Below are positions 6,502 to 15,277 of a stretch of 24,000 bases of DNA, piece by piece; the stretch's first letter is position 1, and each line of letters begins with the position of its first letter. Source of the DNA: Candidatus Thorarchaeota archaeon. Its GTDB lineage: Archaea; Asgardarchaeota; Thorarchaeia; Thorarchaeales; Thorarchaeaceae. A program made the position numbers and the translations under genes. Below the pieces are notes generated by a model. The model saw nothing but the letters and a program-made list of their open reading frames with translations. It did not search any database and was not told the origin of the DNA. The stretch covers positions 1 to 24,000 of the forward strand of contig JAWAQK010000019.1 in assembly GCA_038893995.1 (NCBI GenBank), read 5' to 3'.

Positions 6502-7623
6502 TTGTACTATTCGCCGCAGAGGATTGAGCAGATAAGACAACTGATGAATAGCGAGTCCATTGATGCCCTGATACTGACCAGGCACGAGGACGTACAGTAT
6601 GCCACGGGCTTCCAGGCTCCGGGGTGGGGTATCCCGGTAGGTTGTGTGATAATGCCGGGTCTCCGGCCGTTGCTAGTCTTACCTGAGAGTATCTTGGGCC
6701 TCACTGAGGACATTACCTCGGGAGTTGCTGTAAGGGGATTCCCCTCCCCTGGTCCAGTGGCCTGGACTCTCCACAGGCCTGCCGCCTTCTGGCAACGTGT
6801 TCTTGAACTGCTTCAAGAACACAGAGTTGACGCCAAGACCATAGGGATTCAGCTCGACCACGTATCGGTCAACGAATATCAGATGGTGAGATCTACCCTG
6901 CAGCGAGCATCCCTGAAGAACTGCTCTCAGCTATTGTATGAACTCAGGCAGGTCAAGGACAGTACGGAGATTGCTGCGATTCGAAACTCGGTGAAGATAG
7001 CGGAGATCGGGTTGCGGACTGCACTTGAAACGGTCTCTCCCGGTCGGTCCAATGTGGAGGTCTCTGCAGAGGTGGAGTCCGCCATGAGGACGGCGGGCCG
7101 ACAGCTCACAGGACTGCGGGCCACGGTCATGTCCTGCGTAGATGATCTGTGGCGAGAAGAGCCCTCGTACAGGGTGATACGGCCAGATGACATGTTGGTG
7201 GTGGAGGTCACGACTCGCAGGGCTGGATACTATGCGCAGATGTCAAGAACTCTCCGAATGGGCGAGTTGAAGGAGAAACAGTCAAGACTTTTCCGCACCG
7301 CAATGGCTGCACTCGAGACGATCGAGAATATGCTCGTTCCCGAGAACGAGGTACGTGATGCTGCCAACTCTGTACGTCGGTTGCTCGATTCAATAGACGG
7401 AGTCGCGATCAGTGGAAGACTGGGCAGCTCGATCGGACTCTGTGTCTCAGAGCCTCCCGTGATATCCCCTGACGAGCGAACTCCAGTCCGCGAGGGCATG
7501 GTGTTCTCGGTGGGTCCGGTGGTCCGCGGTCCCGATCGTGAGATCGCCCGGGTCGGTGAACTCGTCCTTGTGACGTCAGACGGAGCAGAGAGTCTCTCCA
7601 CCCTACTGAGAGAGACAATGTAG
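6502..7623 (+). CDS. M24-family (creatinase/prolidase 'pita-bread' fold) protein, with canonical metal ligands apparently absent
   Basis: The N-terminal creatinase/prolidase-N pattern is RIEQIRQLMNSESIDALILTRHEDVQYATGF. The C-terminal pita-bread region carries GYYAQMSRT, GRLGSSIGLCVSEPP and EGMVFSVGP. GAGGAGG lies 10 nt upstream of TTG 6502. Confidence 0.8.
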   Translation: MYYSPQRIEQIRQLMNSESIDALILTRHEDVQYATGFQAPGWGIPVGCVIMPGLRPLLVLPESILGLTEDITSGVAVRGFPSPGPVAWTLHRPAAFWQRVLELLQEHRVDAKTIGIQLDHVSVNEYQMVRSTLQRASLKNCSQLLYELRQVKDSTEIAAIRNSVKIAEIGLRTALETVSPGRSNVEVSAEVESAMRTAGRQLTGLRATVMSCVDDLWREEPSYRVIRPDDMLVVEVTTRRAGYYAQMSRTLRMGELKEKQSRLFRTAMAALETIENMLVPENEVRDAANSVRRLLDSIDGVAISGRLGSSIGLCVSEPPVISPDERTPVREGMVFSVGPVVRGPDREIARVGELVLVTSDGAESLSTLLRETM

Positions 7624-7765
7624 GTCCCCCCGAGTCTGGCGACCCCTGATTTGCGATGCAACGACTGCCCCTATCTTGACGTCCGCCCTGGCAAGTGATG
7701 TCTGCAGCTACTGTCGGCATGATCTGCCAATGGTGACAGGTGTAGTCACTGGCATGACTACCTGT

Positions 7766-8272
7766 TCACTGCCACCTCTTCAGCTTCTGGAAGACCTGCG
7801 ATATGACCTCAGCTCTGAGGTTGTGTTTTGCTAGTTCGTCTCTCGATACTTCTCTTACCTGAGAAGCAGGGGCACCTGTATTCATTGAGCGTGGCGGTAT
7901 GACGACATTCGGGGGAACGATACTACCAGGTGCAAGGATGACGCCCTCTCCCAATGAGGCTCCATCGAACACCACAGAGCCCTCCCCCACACTGACGGAG
8001 TCCCCCATGTATACACCATGTACCACTGACGCTGTGTGGATTATACAGTCGTTCCCTATTATGGCCGGGTTTCCAGCGGTATGGGCATGTATGACTACGC
8101 TGTCCTGTATACATGTCCTCTCGCCTATCTTGACTGGAGCGTAGTCTCCCCTGATGACTGCACCTGGCCATACACTGGACTTTGGACCAATCTCAACATC
8201 ACCAATCAACGTGGCCTGTGGGCTGACATAGGCGGTTGGATCAATCTTGGGATTCTTGTCTCCAAGTGGCAC
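7766..8272 (-). CDS. Gamma-class carbonic anhydrase-like / left-handed beta-helix (hexapeptide repeat) protein (~169 aa)
   Basis: (M)[42 protein letters not shown]...IHAH...[15 protein letters not shown] matches the gamma-CA/YrdA/PaaY pattern, including the His triad positions. ORF-track start 8476 adds 68 non-homologous residues. GTG 8272 (or TTG 8281) gives the typical N-terminus. Confidence 0.8.
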   Translation of the reverse strand: MPLGDKNPKIDPTAYVSPQATLIGDVEIGPKSSVWPGAVIRGDYAPVKIGERTCIQDSVVIHAHTAGNPAIIGNDCIIHTASVVHGVYMGDSVSVGEGSVVFDGASLGEGVILAPGSIVPPNVVIPPRSMNTGAPASQVREVSRDELAKHNLRAEVISQVFQKLKRWQ

Positions 8273-8505
8273 GACCGGCAATGGATCACCTCTGCTATGA
8301 GCACGAACCTCTCGGTCATAGGAGGATAAAAAGACAAGTGTCGCTCCGGAGGTGCCAGTCGTACTCTGTAAGGGCCCCTGATGACTCACTAGATCGAATT
8401 GAGAAGCTCTACCTCTTAGGTCCAGCCACATCATGAAACTGTATTTGACACCAGAGCCACAGACGGAATGGATCATCCTGTGTAACTCTGGTGCTCGTGA
8501 CTGGT

Positions 8506-8880
8506 CTAGTTTGTCTTGTCCTCTCCTAGCAGTCCCTCGATAATATCGACGTAGATCTCCTCTGGAAGCACTCCGACGAGCCTGTCGATTCTGTGTCCCT
8601 GTCCGTTGTCGAATACGACTCTCTCTCCGTGATTGTATACTAGCACCGTTGGCACGCCGCTTATCCTATTCTGGCTGCTGAACTCCCGATTCTTGTCGAC
8701 ATCGATCTTCACTACCTTGAAGCCCCTGTCTCTGTACTTCTCATCTAGACTCTCCAGCGTGGGTGCCAACATCTTGCAGGGCTGGCACCAGGTTGCGTAA
8801 CAGTCGATGAATACGACCCTGTTCTCCGCGACAATGTTACTGATCTGACTTGCTGAGACCTCTTGTACCACTGTTCTCAT
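8506..8880 (-). CDS. trx: Thioredoxin (active site WCQPC)
   Basis: [19 protein letters not shown]...GVPTVLVY is the classic thioredoxin fold signature. ATG 8880 is preferred over the upstream TTG 8919. TTTAAA at 8950-8955 (minus orientation) is a plausible TATA box. Confidence 0.85.
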   Translation of the reverse strand: MRTVVQEVSASQISNIVAENRVVFIDCYATWCQPCKMLAPTLESLDEKYRDRGFKVVKIDVDKNREFSSQNRISGVPTVLVYNHGERVVFDNGQGHRIDRLVGVLPEEIYVDIIEGLLGEDKTN

Positions 8881-9106
8881 CTCCGTTTCAATTGAACACG
8901 ACCAACCGGTTGTGAACAATTGAGCACAACCGTAGGAGGGTGATGAGCATTTAAAGTCTTTTGCATCATTACATGTCAGAGCTCTCTCTATATGGCACCG
9001 AACTTGGTGATCTCAGTCCACGTTCACTGCTGCGGCGCACTTTCAGGGGTTATAGTCTGAGAGTCGAAAAGCTTGATAAGTCCGGCGCGGACCCCTGCGA
9101 CCTCCG

Positions 9107-11758
9107 GTGATTGAGGTGCCCGTGCTGCATTGCGTTGCTTGTGGTTCCAGACTGGACATCAGAAAGACTGGGACCATATGGACGGTCCGATGCACAGGCT
9201 GTGGTGAAGAACACTCTACCGAAGGTAAGGATCTCTTGGACGCGTATGAGGCATATACAAGCCATGTGACGAACAGCGCCGGACCGAGACAAACCACAAT
9301 GCAGGGCCCTCTATCCACATCCGTGTCCAACAGGTCACGTGCGTCACTTCATGATGACCATAGCAAGAGACCCCGGGAAACACCTCGGGTCCAGTCCAGA
9401 GAAGAGATAGAACAGGTCATTGCGAAGAGCGGGATTCACCTCAGGCAACTGCCCGATACACTCAGGCGCATAGTGCTCATGGGACGTGATTATCTGGTAC
9501 ACTACCGCCGAATTCCCCCCAGTGATGCGGAATTCGGTAGACGCGTGGGTGAACTGCAGATCCCGAACCGGCTCAAGGAGTACCTGACGTCGCGTGGTAT
9601 TGAAACACTCTACAGGCATCAGGATGAGGCGTTCCGTGCGATAGAGGCAGGTCGTGACGTCGTGATTGTTGCACCCACTGCTCAGGGAAAGACTGAGGCG
9701 TTCATGTTGCCCATAATCAAGAGCCTGCTTGAATCGCGGACAAGTGAGTTCAGTAGCAGCGTGGGTGCAATACTCATCTATCCCACGAAGGCCCTCGCCA
9801 GAGATCAGTTCGACAAGATAAAGACCATGTGTCAGGCATCGGGTCTTAGTGCCGACATCTTCGATGGGGATGTGCCATCATCACATAGAGATCGAATCTA
9901 CGAGAATCCACCTGATATCCTCCTCACCAATCCGGATGTGCTGCACTATCACCTTGGTAGAACTTGGTCCCGGCTGACACCTATTCTTGATGGCACGAAG
10001 TTTGTGGTGCTCGACGAGATTCACCTGTATACTGGTTCCATGGGTGCTAACGTCTACTACATCCTCAAGCGACTGGCCATTGAGATTGGTCACTTCCAGT
10101 TGATTGGAGCGTCTGCGACCGTGTCCAATCCGAAAGAGTTTGCGGAGCAGCTGTTTGACAGGGAGGTCCTCCTGATTCAGACGGACTCTGCAAAGAGGGG
10201 CGCGATTCATTTCCTCATGTACTACCCTGGTGACCGCAGCAAGTACAGCATGATCGCAGACCTGGCAGCTGCCCTTCAGAGGTCCGGATTCAAGACGCTC
10301 GTGTTTGGCAACACTCACAATGAAGCAGAGCTGATCAACATCCTGCTGCAAGACAAAGGAATCCGTTCAAGGATCCACCGTGCAGGTCTTCCGAAGCGCG
10401 AACTCAGGGAGATAGAGCAGCAGTTCAAGAGTGGCTCCCTGTCCCTGATAGTATCTACGCCCACACTGGAGCTTGGCATCGATATCGGTGACCTTGACAG
10501 TGTGATAAGTATGCTCGTGTCTGTGACTAGAGTCACGCAAAGAATTGGTCGGGCCGGTCGGAAGGGACAGGAGGCCGTAGCCATATTGGCCCTCAGGGAC
10601 AAGGATCCGATCTCATCATTCTATCGCTCCAGGCCAGACAGGTACTTTACCGATATTGATGCGGCCTACGTGGAGCCTGGCAACGAGGTCGTTGGTTACT
10701 ACCAGCTGATCGCGGCTGCGATGAGTAGGAAACTGAAGGTCGATATGTTCCCGCACCAGCAACGTATTCTTGAGCGCCTCAGGAATGACGGAGTGATCTC
10801 CATCGGGACGAATGGAGAGGTGAGGATCACTGACTACCGTAGGGCGAGAGAGGAACTGGAAGGTTACAACATCAGAGGCATCGGACCCACAGTGTCGATA
10901 TCGAGAGACGGACGTGACATAGGCGAGCGATCAATGCCAATGGCTGCACAGGAACTTCACCCGGGGGCAATATACCTGCATGGTGGTCAGAACTATAGAT
11001 CCGTCGAGTTCCAGTACAGTGATGGACAGGGAAAAGCTGTTGTTGTTCCTCATCCCGATCGTTCTGTCTATACCCGTCCCCTATACTACACGACGCCGCT
11101 GGTGATAGAGACTCACGAGGGACGAAGAGTCCTTGGTCTGGATGTCAAGTACTGCACTCTGGAGATGACCCAGAACGTCGTGGGATACATCACAAAGAAG
11201 ACACACACAGATCAGGTGATAGGCAAGACATTTCTGGACACACCTATTGAATACAGCTACCTCACCCGAGGTTTCGTCTTCCGTGCCCCGGCACCGTCCA
11301 AGGCCATTGACAAGTTTCTGCGGGACTATCCCGGTGGCACTGAAGTGCTCTCTGGTGACCCGCTTGACCTGTATGGCGGGACCTTTCATGCGGTTGAACA
11401 CGTACTGATCGAGTCGAGCGGGATGCTCACTGGTGGGGGCGCTCACGAGACTGGAGGCGTTTCCATGGGCGATTCTGGTACCATATTCGTGTACGATGGT
11501 GCTCCTGGCGGGACGGGTGCCTCGAAGCTACTGTACGGCCGCCTAGAGGAGGCATTCTCCCGCATGGAAACAATACTTTCCACGTGTGAGTGCCAGACTG
11601 TGGATGGTTGTCCCCTGTGTACATACTCATATCAGTGTGGCAACAACAACAGGCCTCTCTTCAAGGCAGGTGCACTTGAGGTGACTCGTATGATACTCGA
11701 TGGTGTTGAGATGGATCTGGACCTGCAGTCGTACCGCGAGTTTGAACCGCTTGTCTAA
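9107..11758 (+). CDS. DEAD/DEAH-box SF2 helicase of the COG1205 / MrfA(YprA)/Hrq1-like type, with a C-terminal DUF1998 Zn-binding domain and an N-terminal zinc-ribbon extension
   Basis: Motif I is APTAQGKTEAF, motif II VVLDEIH, motif III GASAT and motif VI QRIGRAGRKG. The C-terminal HAVEHVLIES plus Cys cluster CECQTVDGCPLCTYSYQC (11585-11638) typifies DUF1998. The N-terminal CxxC-x16-CxxC spans 9131-9202. The start is ambiguous among in-frame GTGs at 9107, 9116 and 9122 (SD-like GGTGAT/GAGGTG nearby). Confidence 0.9.
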   Translation: MIEVPVLHCVACGSRLDIRKTGTIWTVRCTGCGEEHSTEGKDLLDAYEAYTSHVTNSAGPRQTTMQGPLSTSVSNRSRASLHDDHSKRPRETPRVQSREEIEQVIAKSGIHLRQLPDTLRRIVLMGRDYLVHYRRIPPSDAEFGRRVGELQIPNRLKEYLTSRGIETLYRHQDEAFRAIEAGRDVVIVAPTAQGKTEAFMLPIIKSLLESRTSEFSSSVGAILIYPTKALARDQFDKIKTMCQASGLSADIFDGDVPSSHRDRIYENPPDILLTNPDVLHYHLGRTWSRLTPILDGTKFVVLDEIHLYTGSMGANVYYILKRLAIEIGHFQLIGASATVSNPKEFAEQLFDREVLLIQTDSAKRGAIHFLMYYPGDRSKYSMIADLAAALQRSGFKTLVFGNTHNEAELINILLQDKGIRSRIHRAGLPKRELREIEQQFKSGSLSLIVSTPTLELGIDIGDLDSVISMLVSVTRVTQRIGRAGRKGQEAVAILALRDKDPISSFYRSRPDRYFTDIDAAYVEPGNEVVGYYQLIAAAMSRKLKVDMFPHQQRILERLRNDGVISIGTNGEVRITDYRRAREELEGYNIRGIGPTVSISRDGRDIGERSMPMAAQELHPGAIYLHGGQNYRSVEFQYSDGQGKAVVVPHPDRSVYTRPLYYTTPLVIETHEGRRVLGLDVKYCTLEMTQNVVGYITKKTHTDQVIGKTFLDTPIEYSYLTRGFVFRAPAPSKAIDKFLRDYPGGTEVLSGDPLDLYGGTFHAVEHVLIESSGMLTGGGAHETGGVSMGDSGTIFVYDGAPGGTGASKLLYGRLEEAFSRMETILSTCECQTVDGCPLCTYSYQCGNNNRPLFKAGALEVTRMILDGVEMDLDLQSYREFEPLV

Positions 11759-11777
11759 TACACACGGGGGCGATAGC

Positions 11778-13718
11778 ATGAGATTCTCCATAGGCAGGGG
11801 TCATGACGGACCGGCGCGCACAGGCTTGCTAAGTCTTGACTCCACCACACTTGATACTCCCTTCCTCATCATGCCAGAGCCGTCTCCATCAATCCCTGGC
11901 ATGAGCTATGTCGTGGCTGGCCGTGATCCCACTGCCGTGGGGACTGAATCACTGCTTGTGCTCCCCTCGGTCCTGTGTGGAGAGCCAGACCCTACGATTG
12001 CGGAACATCATGGGCCCATCCTTCTCCCGTCTGCTCCATCGATATCAGAGCTGAGTTCCAAGGCTGTGAGGATCGCAGTGCAGATGCAACTCAGCATAGT
12101 CGAAGAGCTGAGTGACAAGACCTCCGCTTCCCGAATGATCTTGCGTATCCCCTATGGTTCTCGTCCTGATGATCTTCTTGACCTCATACATCGTGCCTCG
12201 GAGTTCGGTATTCGTGCAGTTGCTGTCTCTCTCAGGGGAGACCTGGGTCCCAGTGACATGTTATCCGTGAGGGCACGGTCTGTGGTACCACGTGGTTGGA
12301 TGGCGCTTGCACTTGGGGAGATTGCCCCCTCGTTGGTACCACTCCTGTACTACTTGGGCTTCGATGGCCTGGACATGACGTCTGCCTACCTTGCAGCCGC
12401 AAACGGAATGCGACTCTGGCATAACGGCTCTGAGACTGTTCAAGACTCTGAGCAGTCGATCCGTTTCTGTCCGTGCGGTGCATGTCTCGGCGTCGATGTT
12501 GGGTCTATCAGGGGACACAATCTGGTCGATGTCCTGACGAGGCACAACAAGCTGGTGTACCGTCAGTCTCTCTCTGAGGCAGTCTATGCCATGCAGAGGG
12601 GTACTCTCAGAAGCCTTGTGGAATCGACATCTCACTACTCCACCGAGCTGGCAGCATTCATTCGTAGACTTGACAGGGAACTCTATGCCTTTGTCGAGGA
12701 ATTCACTCCGAACTATGGCATGTCTACCTTGCCCCTCATAGGACCGGAGTCCTACCATTCTCCGGTTGTGAGAAGGTTCAGAGAGCGTGTGGCATCACGA
12801 TACCAGCCGCTCCCTGGTAAGAGACTGGTCATATTGCTGCCCTGCTCAGCCAGGAAGCCCTACTCTGAATCAAAGTCTCATCATATGTTCCGGGCGAGTA
12901 TTGACTCTGCCATCGGTGATGTGATGGGGCTGGTCTCTGAGACAATACTGACCTCTCCGCTTGGAGTGGTCCCCCGTGAACTGGAGAGGGTCTTCCCAGT
13001 GTCGCGATACGACCTCCCGGTGACAGGTGACTGGGACCACGAGGAGATCGAGATTGCATCAGCCGCGCTAGTCACGCACTTGAGCAAGTTCTCGTCAGAC
13101 ACCGTTGTAGTTGCGCATGTCACTGGCGGTTATGCACAGGTCGTGAGGAACTGCGAGTCACAGGTTCGGCAGAGGATCGTGTATACTGCGCAGGGCGAGT
13201 CAACAACTAGCTCACGCTCGCTCGAGTCACTGGAGAGGGTCCTGCGCGGTCTCAGGGATGAACTCGACATGGCGCCCACAGGCTCCTCCCCTAATGTTGA
13301 GGCAATGCGTGCAGTGGCGGACTTCCAGATGGGAGCCGGAGCCGGTCCCCTGCTAATACCAGACGGAAGCCGGTTCAGAGGACGTGTCCACCAGGTCATC
13401 AGATGTTTTCTGGAATCAGTACAGACCTGCTCGTTCATCGGTCAGACAGGCTCCCTGTCGTTGACTGTCAAGGGCGCAGAGCTGCTGCTACCTCTTGGAC
13501 GGTACATAGTGAAGTTCGATGGTGACAGAATCCGAGGAGGGTCCCTCTTTGCAATCGGCGTGACAGATGCTGATCCCGACATTCGCCCCGGGGACGAGGT
13601 CATAGTGGTGAACAGAGAGGGACGGGTTGTGGCTGTCGGCAAGAGTGACATGTCTGGTCGTGAGATGTGTGAGCTTGACAATGGACGGGCAGTCTCACTG
13701 AGGCACAGGGAGGACTGA
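11778..13718 (+). CDS. arcS: Archaeosine synthase ArcS (TgtA2-type: TGT-like N-domain, ArcS-specific motif, C-terminal PUA domain)
   Basis: MRFSIGRGHDGPARTGLL...TPFLI is a TGT-like N-terminus. PCSARKPYSESKSH (12840-12881) matches the ArcS signature PC-x3-KPY-x2-S-x2-H. The C-terminal PUA pattern is IRPGDEVIVVNREGRVVAVGKSDMSGREM. ATG 11778 is preferred over ORF-track start 11700, which overlaps the helicase. Confidence 0.85.
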   Translation: MRFSIGRGHDGPARTGLLSLDSTTLDTPFLIMPEPSPSIPGMSYVVAGRDPTAVGTESLLVLPSVLCGEPDPTIAEHHGPILLPSAPSISELSSKAVRIAVQMQLSIVEELSDKTSASRMILRIPYGSRPDDLLDLIHRASEFGIRAVAVSLRGDLGPSDMLSVRARSVVPRGWMALALGEIAPSLVPLLYYLGFDGLDMTSAYLAAANGMRLWHNGSETVQDSEQSIRFCPCGACLGVDVGSIRGHNLVDVLTRHNKLVYRQSLSEAVYAMQRGTLRSLVESTSHYSTELAAFIRRLDRELYAFVEEFTPNYGMSTLPLIGPESYHSPVVRRFRERVASRYQPLPGKRLVILLPCSARKPYSESKSHHMFRASIDSAIGDVMGLVSETILTSPLGVVPRELERVFPVSRYDLPVTGDWDHEEIEIASAALVTHLSKFSSDTVVVAHVTGGYAQVVRNCESQVRQRIVYTAQGESTTSSRSLESLERVLRGLRDELDMAPTGSSPNVEAMRAVADFQMGAGAGPLLIPDGSRFRGRVHQVIRCFLESVQTCSFIGQTGSLSLTVKGAELLLPLGRYIVKFDGDRIRGGSLFAIGVTDADPDIRPGDEVIVVNREGRVVAVGKSDMSGREMCELDNGRAVSLRHRED

Positions 13719-13721
13719 CAG

Positions 13722-14798
13722 GTGCGCACAGAGATTCAGTATCTGCACGATGAGATTGTGGCCGCCAACCTGCGGGCCCGTGCATCATCCATATCGAGAC
13801 GCAAGAGGTCAGGTGGCTCGGAACCTGCTGCGAGCTGGGTGGTCACTGAGAGAATCCATGAGAATATGGGCCGGGCACTCTCGGTAGTGCTGTCCACGTT
13901 GGGGTGCTCCCATGCACGGGCCGAGGGTGGAGGCTGTACTATGTGTAGCTATCTTCTTGACGGCAGCAACACCGCAGTGGATGCGGACTCACTCGTCTCC
14001 CAGTTCAGGAGTGCGATGAGTCGGTTGGCCGGAGTGTCTGCTCCCATCAGAGTGAAGGTATATACGAGTGGCAGCTTTCTCGACGTCAATGAGGTTCCTC
14101 TAGAGGCTCGTATCGCCATACTCCGAGAGATAGCCGCTGATCCACGTATCACAGACGTTGTGCTGGAGTCTAGACCCCAGTTCGTGGATGATGAGAGCAT
14201 GTATCAGATCCGGGAGATACTCGGCAAAAGGAGGGTCGAGATTGGGATTGGCCTCGAGAGCTTCAGTGATGTAGTGCGCCAGGTCTGTGTGAATAAGGCA
14301 TTCTCCCTGCGTGACTTTGAGTCGTCAGTCGAGACCACGAGCCGTCATGGAATTGGGGTCCGCGCTTATGTGTTGTTGAAGCCGCCATTCATCACGGAGC
14401 GAGATGCGCTGCGTGACTCGATCCGTACGATCGTGAGAGCCGCGGAACTTGGCGTGACTACAGTATCTCTGAATCCAGTGAACGTACAGAGATCCACACT
14501 TGTTGAGGAACTATGGCAGCGTGGTGCATACAGGCCGCCATGGCTATGGACAGTCGTCGAGGTATTGAGATCGAGCAGGACTGAGTGCGCACGTGATACA
14601 ATGATAGTGTGCGATCCCGTTGCTGCTGGCACGAGCCGGGGGCCTCACAACTGTGGAAGATGCGACTCCTCTGTCACCGATGCAATCAGGCTCTTCTCTT
14701 TGGAACAAGACCTGAGCCATCTCACGAGACTTGGCTGTTCGTGCAATGCCGTCTGGCAACGCTCCCTTCAATCAGGGGACCTGACCATGCTGGTGTGA
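13722..14798 (+). CDS. Radical SAM protein, probable RaSEA (archaeosine-forming partner of ArcS; TIGR01210-like)
   Basis: The Cys triad CSHARAEGGGCTMCSY (C62-x9-C72-x2-C75; 13905-13946) is followed by a TIM-barrel-like pattern. The gene starts 3 nt after the arcS stop, with GGAGG about 10 nt upstream of GTG 13722. Assignment relies on recalled family features plus adjacency to arcS. Confidence 0.7.
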   Translation: MRTEIQYLHDEIVAANLRARASSISRRKRSGGSEPAASWVVTERIHENMGRALSVVLSTLGCSHARAEGGGCTMCSYLLDGSNTAVDADSLVSQFRSAMSRLAGVSAPIRVKVYTSGSFLDVNEVPLEARIAILREIAADPRITDVVLESRPQFVDDESMYQIREILGKRRVEIGIGLESFSDVVRQVCVNKAFSLRDFESSVETTSRHGIGVRAYVLLKPPFITERDALRDSIRTIVRAAELGVTTVSLNPVNVQRSTLVEELWQRGAYRPPWLWTVVEVLRSSRTECARDTMIVCDPVAAGTSRGPHNCGRCDSSVTDAIRLFSLEQDLSHLTRLGCSCNAVWQRSLQSGDLTMLV

Positions 14799-14864
14799 TG
14801 CCCCTCTAGATAACTAGAAAAAGCTCACAGTGGAAGTCTACCATATCCAGAGAGGTCTGATACA

Positions 14865-15221
14865 ATGGTCAACTATGTCACCCGAGTCTCTGTGTGGTTC
14901 TACAGCGAAGGAGCATCTCCGTCTGCAGTAATAACTAGGCTCATGGGACTTGGCTTCAGGCCGGTACGGGGTTCTCATGATTTCGTTTACGAACACAAGG
15001 GTCACGATCTGAGCGAGTCCGACCTCACAACGGCCATTCTCGAGATCGCAAACGGCCTTCACAAGGCTCTCTCGGGCTTCAAGGTGCTCTACAATCTGGA
15101 AACTGGTCCTGTGAGCGACGCGTCAGATGACATTCCGTTAGAGATCATTGACGCAGAACTTGAGCAGACAAGAAGAGAGATTGAGTCTGCAGAGAGTGAC
15201 ATCAGTCCAAAAGTCGACTGA
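14865..15221 (+). CDS. Hypothetical small acidic protein (118 aa)
   Basis: ATG start with GAGAGG upstream. The N-terminal ~85 aa suggest a coherent alpha/beta pattern and the C-terminal tail is acidic. No family was recognised. Confidence 0.55.
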   Translation: MVNYVTRVSVWFYSEGASPSAVITRLMGLGFRPVRGSHDFVYEHKGHDLSESDLTTAILEIANGLHKALSGFKVLYNLETGPVSDASDDIPLEIIDAELEQTRREIESAESDISPKVD

Positions 15222-15257
15222 GAGAGGGAGAGGGTCTTATGCCCTCTCGTCTCTCTC
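15220..15257. terminator. Interrupted 14-bp GA/TC hairpin between convergent genes (possible bidirectional terminator or structural element)
   Basis: GAGAGAG (15220-15226) pairs with CTCTCTC (15251-15257), and GAGAGGG (15228-15234) pairs with CCCTCTC (15242-15248). The loop is TCTTATG. It begins inside the TGA stop of the 14865-15221 gene and ends 21 nt before the stop of the minus-strand 594-aa gene. Confidence 0.35.
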
Positions 15258-15277
15258 TCGGGAGGGATGAGTGGGTC

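Noticed and set aside
7742-7761. Hairpin GTAGTCA-ctggca-TGACTAC just downstream of the hexapeptide-repeat gene stop
   Set aside because: The 7-bp stem has no adjacent oligo-T on the relevant strand. It could be chance, so it is not reported as a terminator.
8273-8476. N-terminal 68-residue extension of the hexapeptide-repeat protein in the track ORF (7766-8476)
   Set aside because: The extension has no similarity to the family. The canonical N-terminus (M)[11 protein letters not shown] begins at an in-frame GTG/TTG. The extension is most likely non-coding upstream sequence.
7624-8505. C/D-box sRNA candidates in intergenic stretches (for example CTGATGA near 8380, ATGATGT near 5810, GTGATGT near 7700)
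   Set aside because: C-box-like heptamers are present. No correctly spaced D'/C'/D (CTGA) boxes or terminal stems could be found around them.
8506-8880. Atypical thioredoxin active site WCQPC instead of WCGPC
   Set aside because: The residues between the cysteines vary among archaeal thioredoxin-fold proteins. There is not enough evidence for a distinct function.
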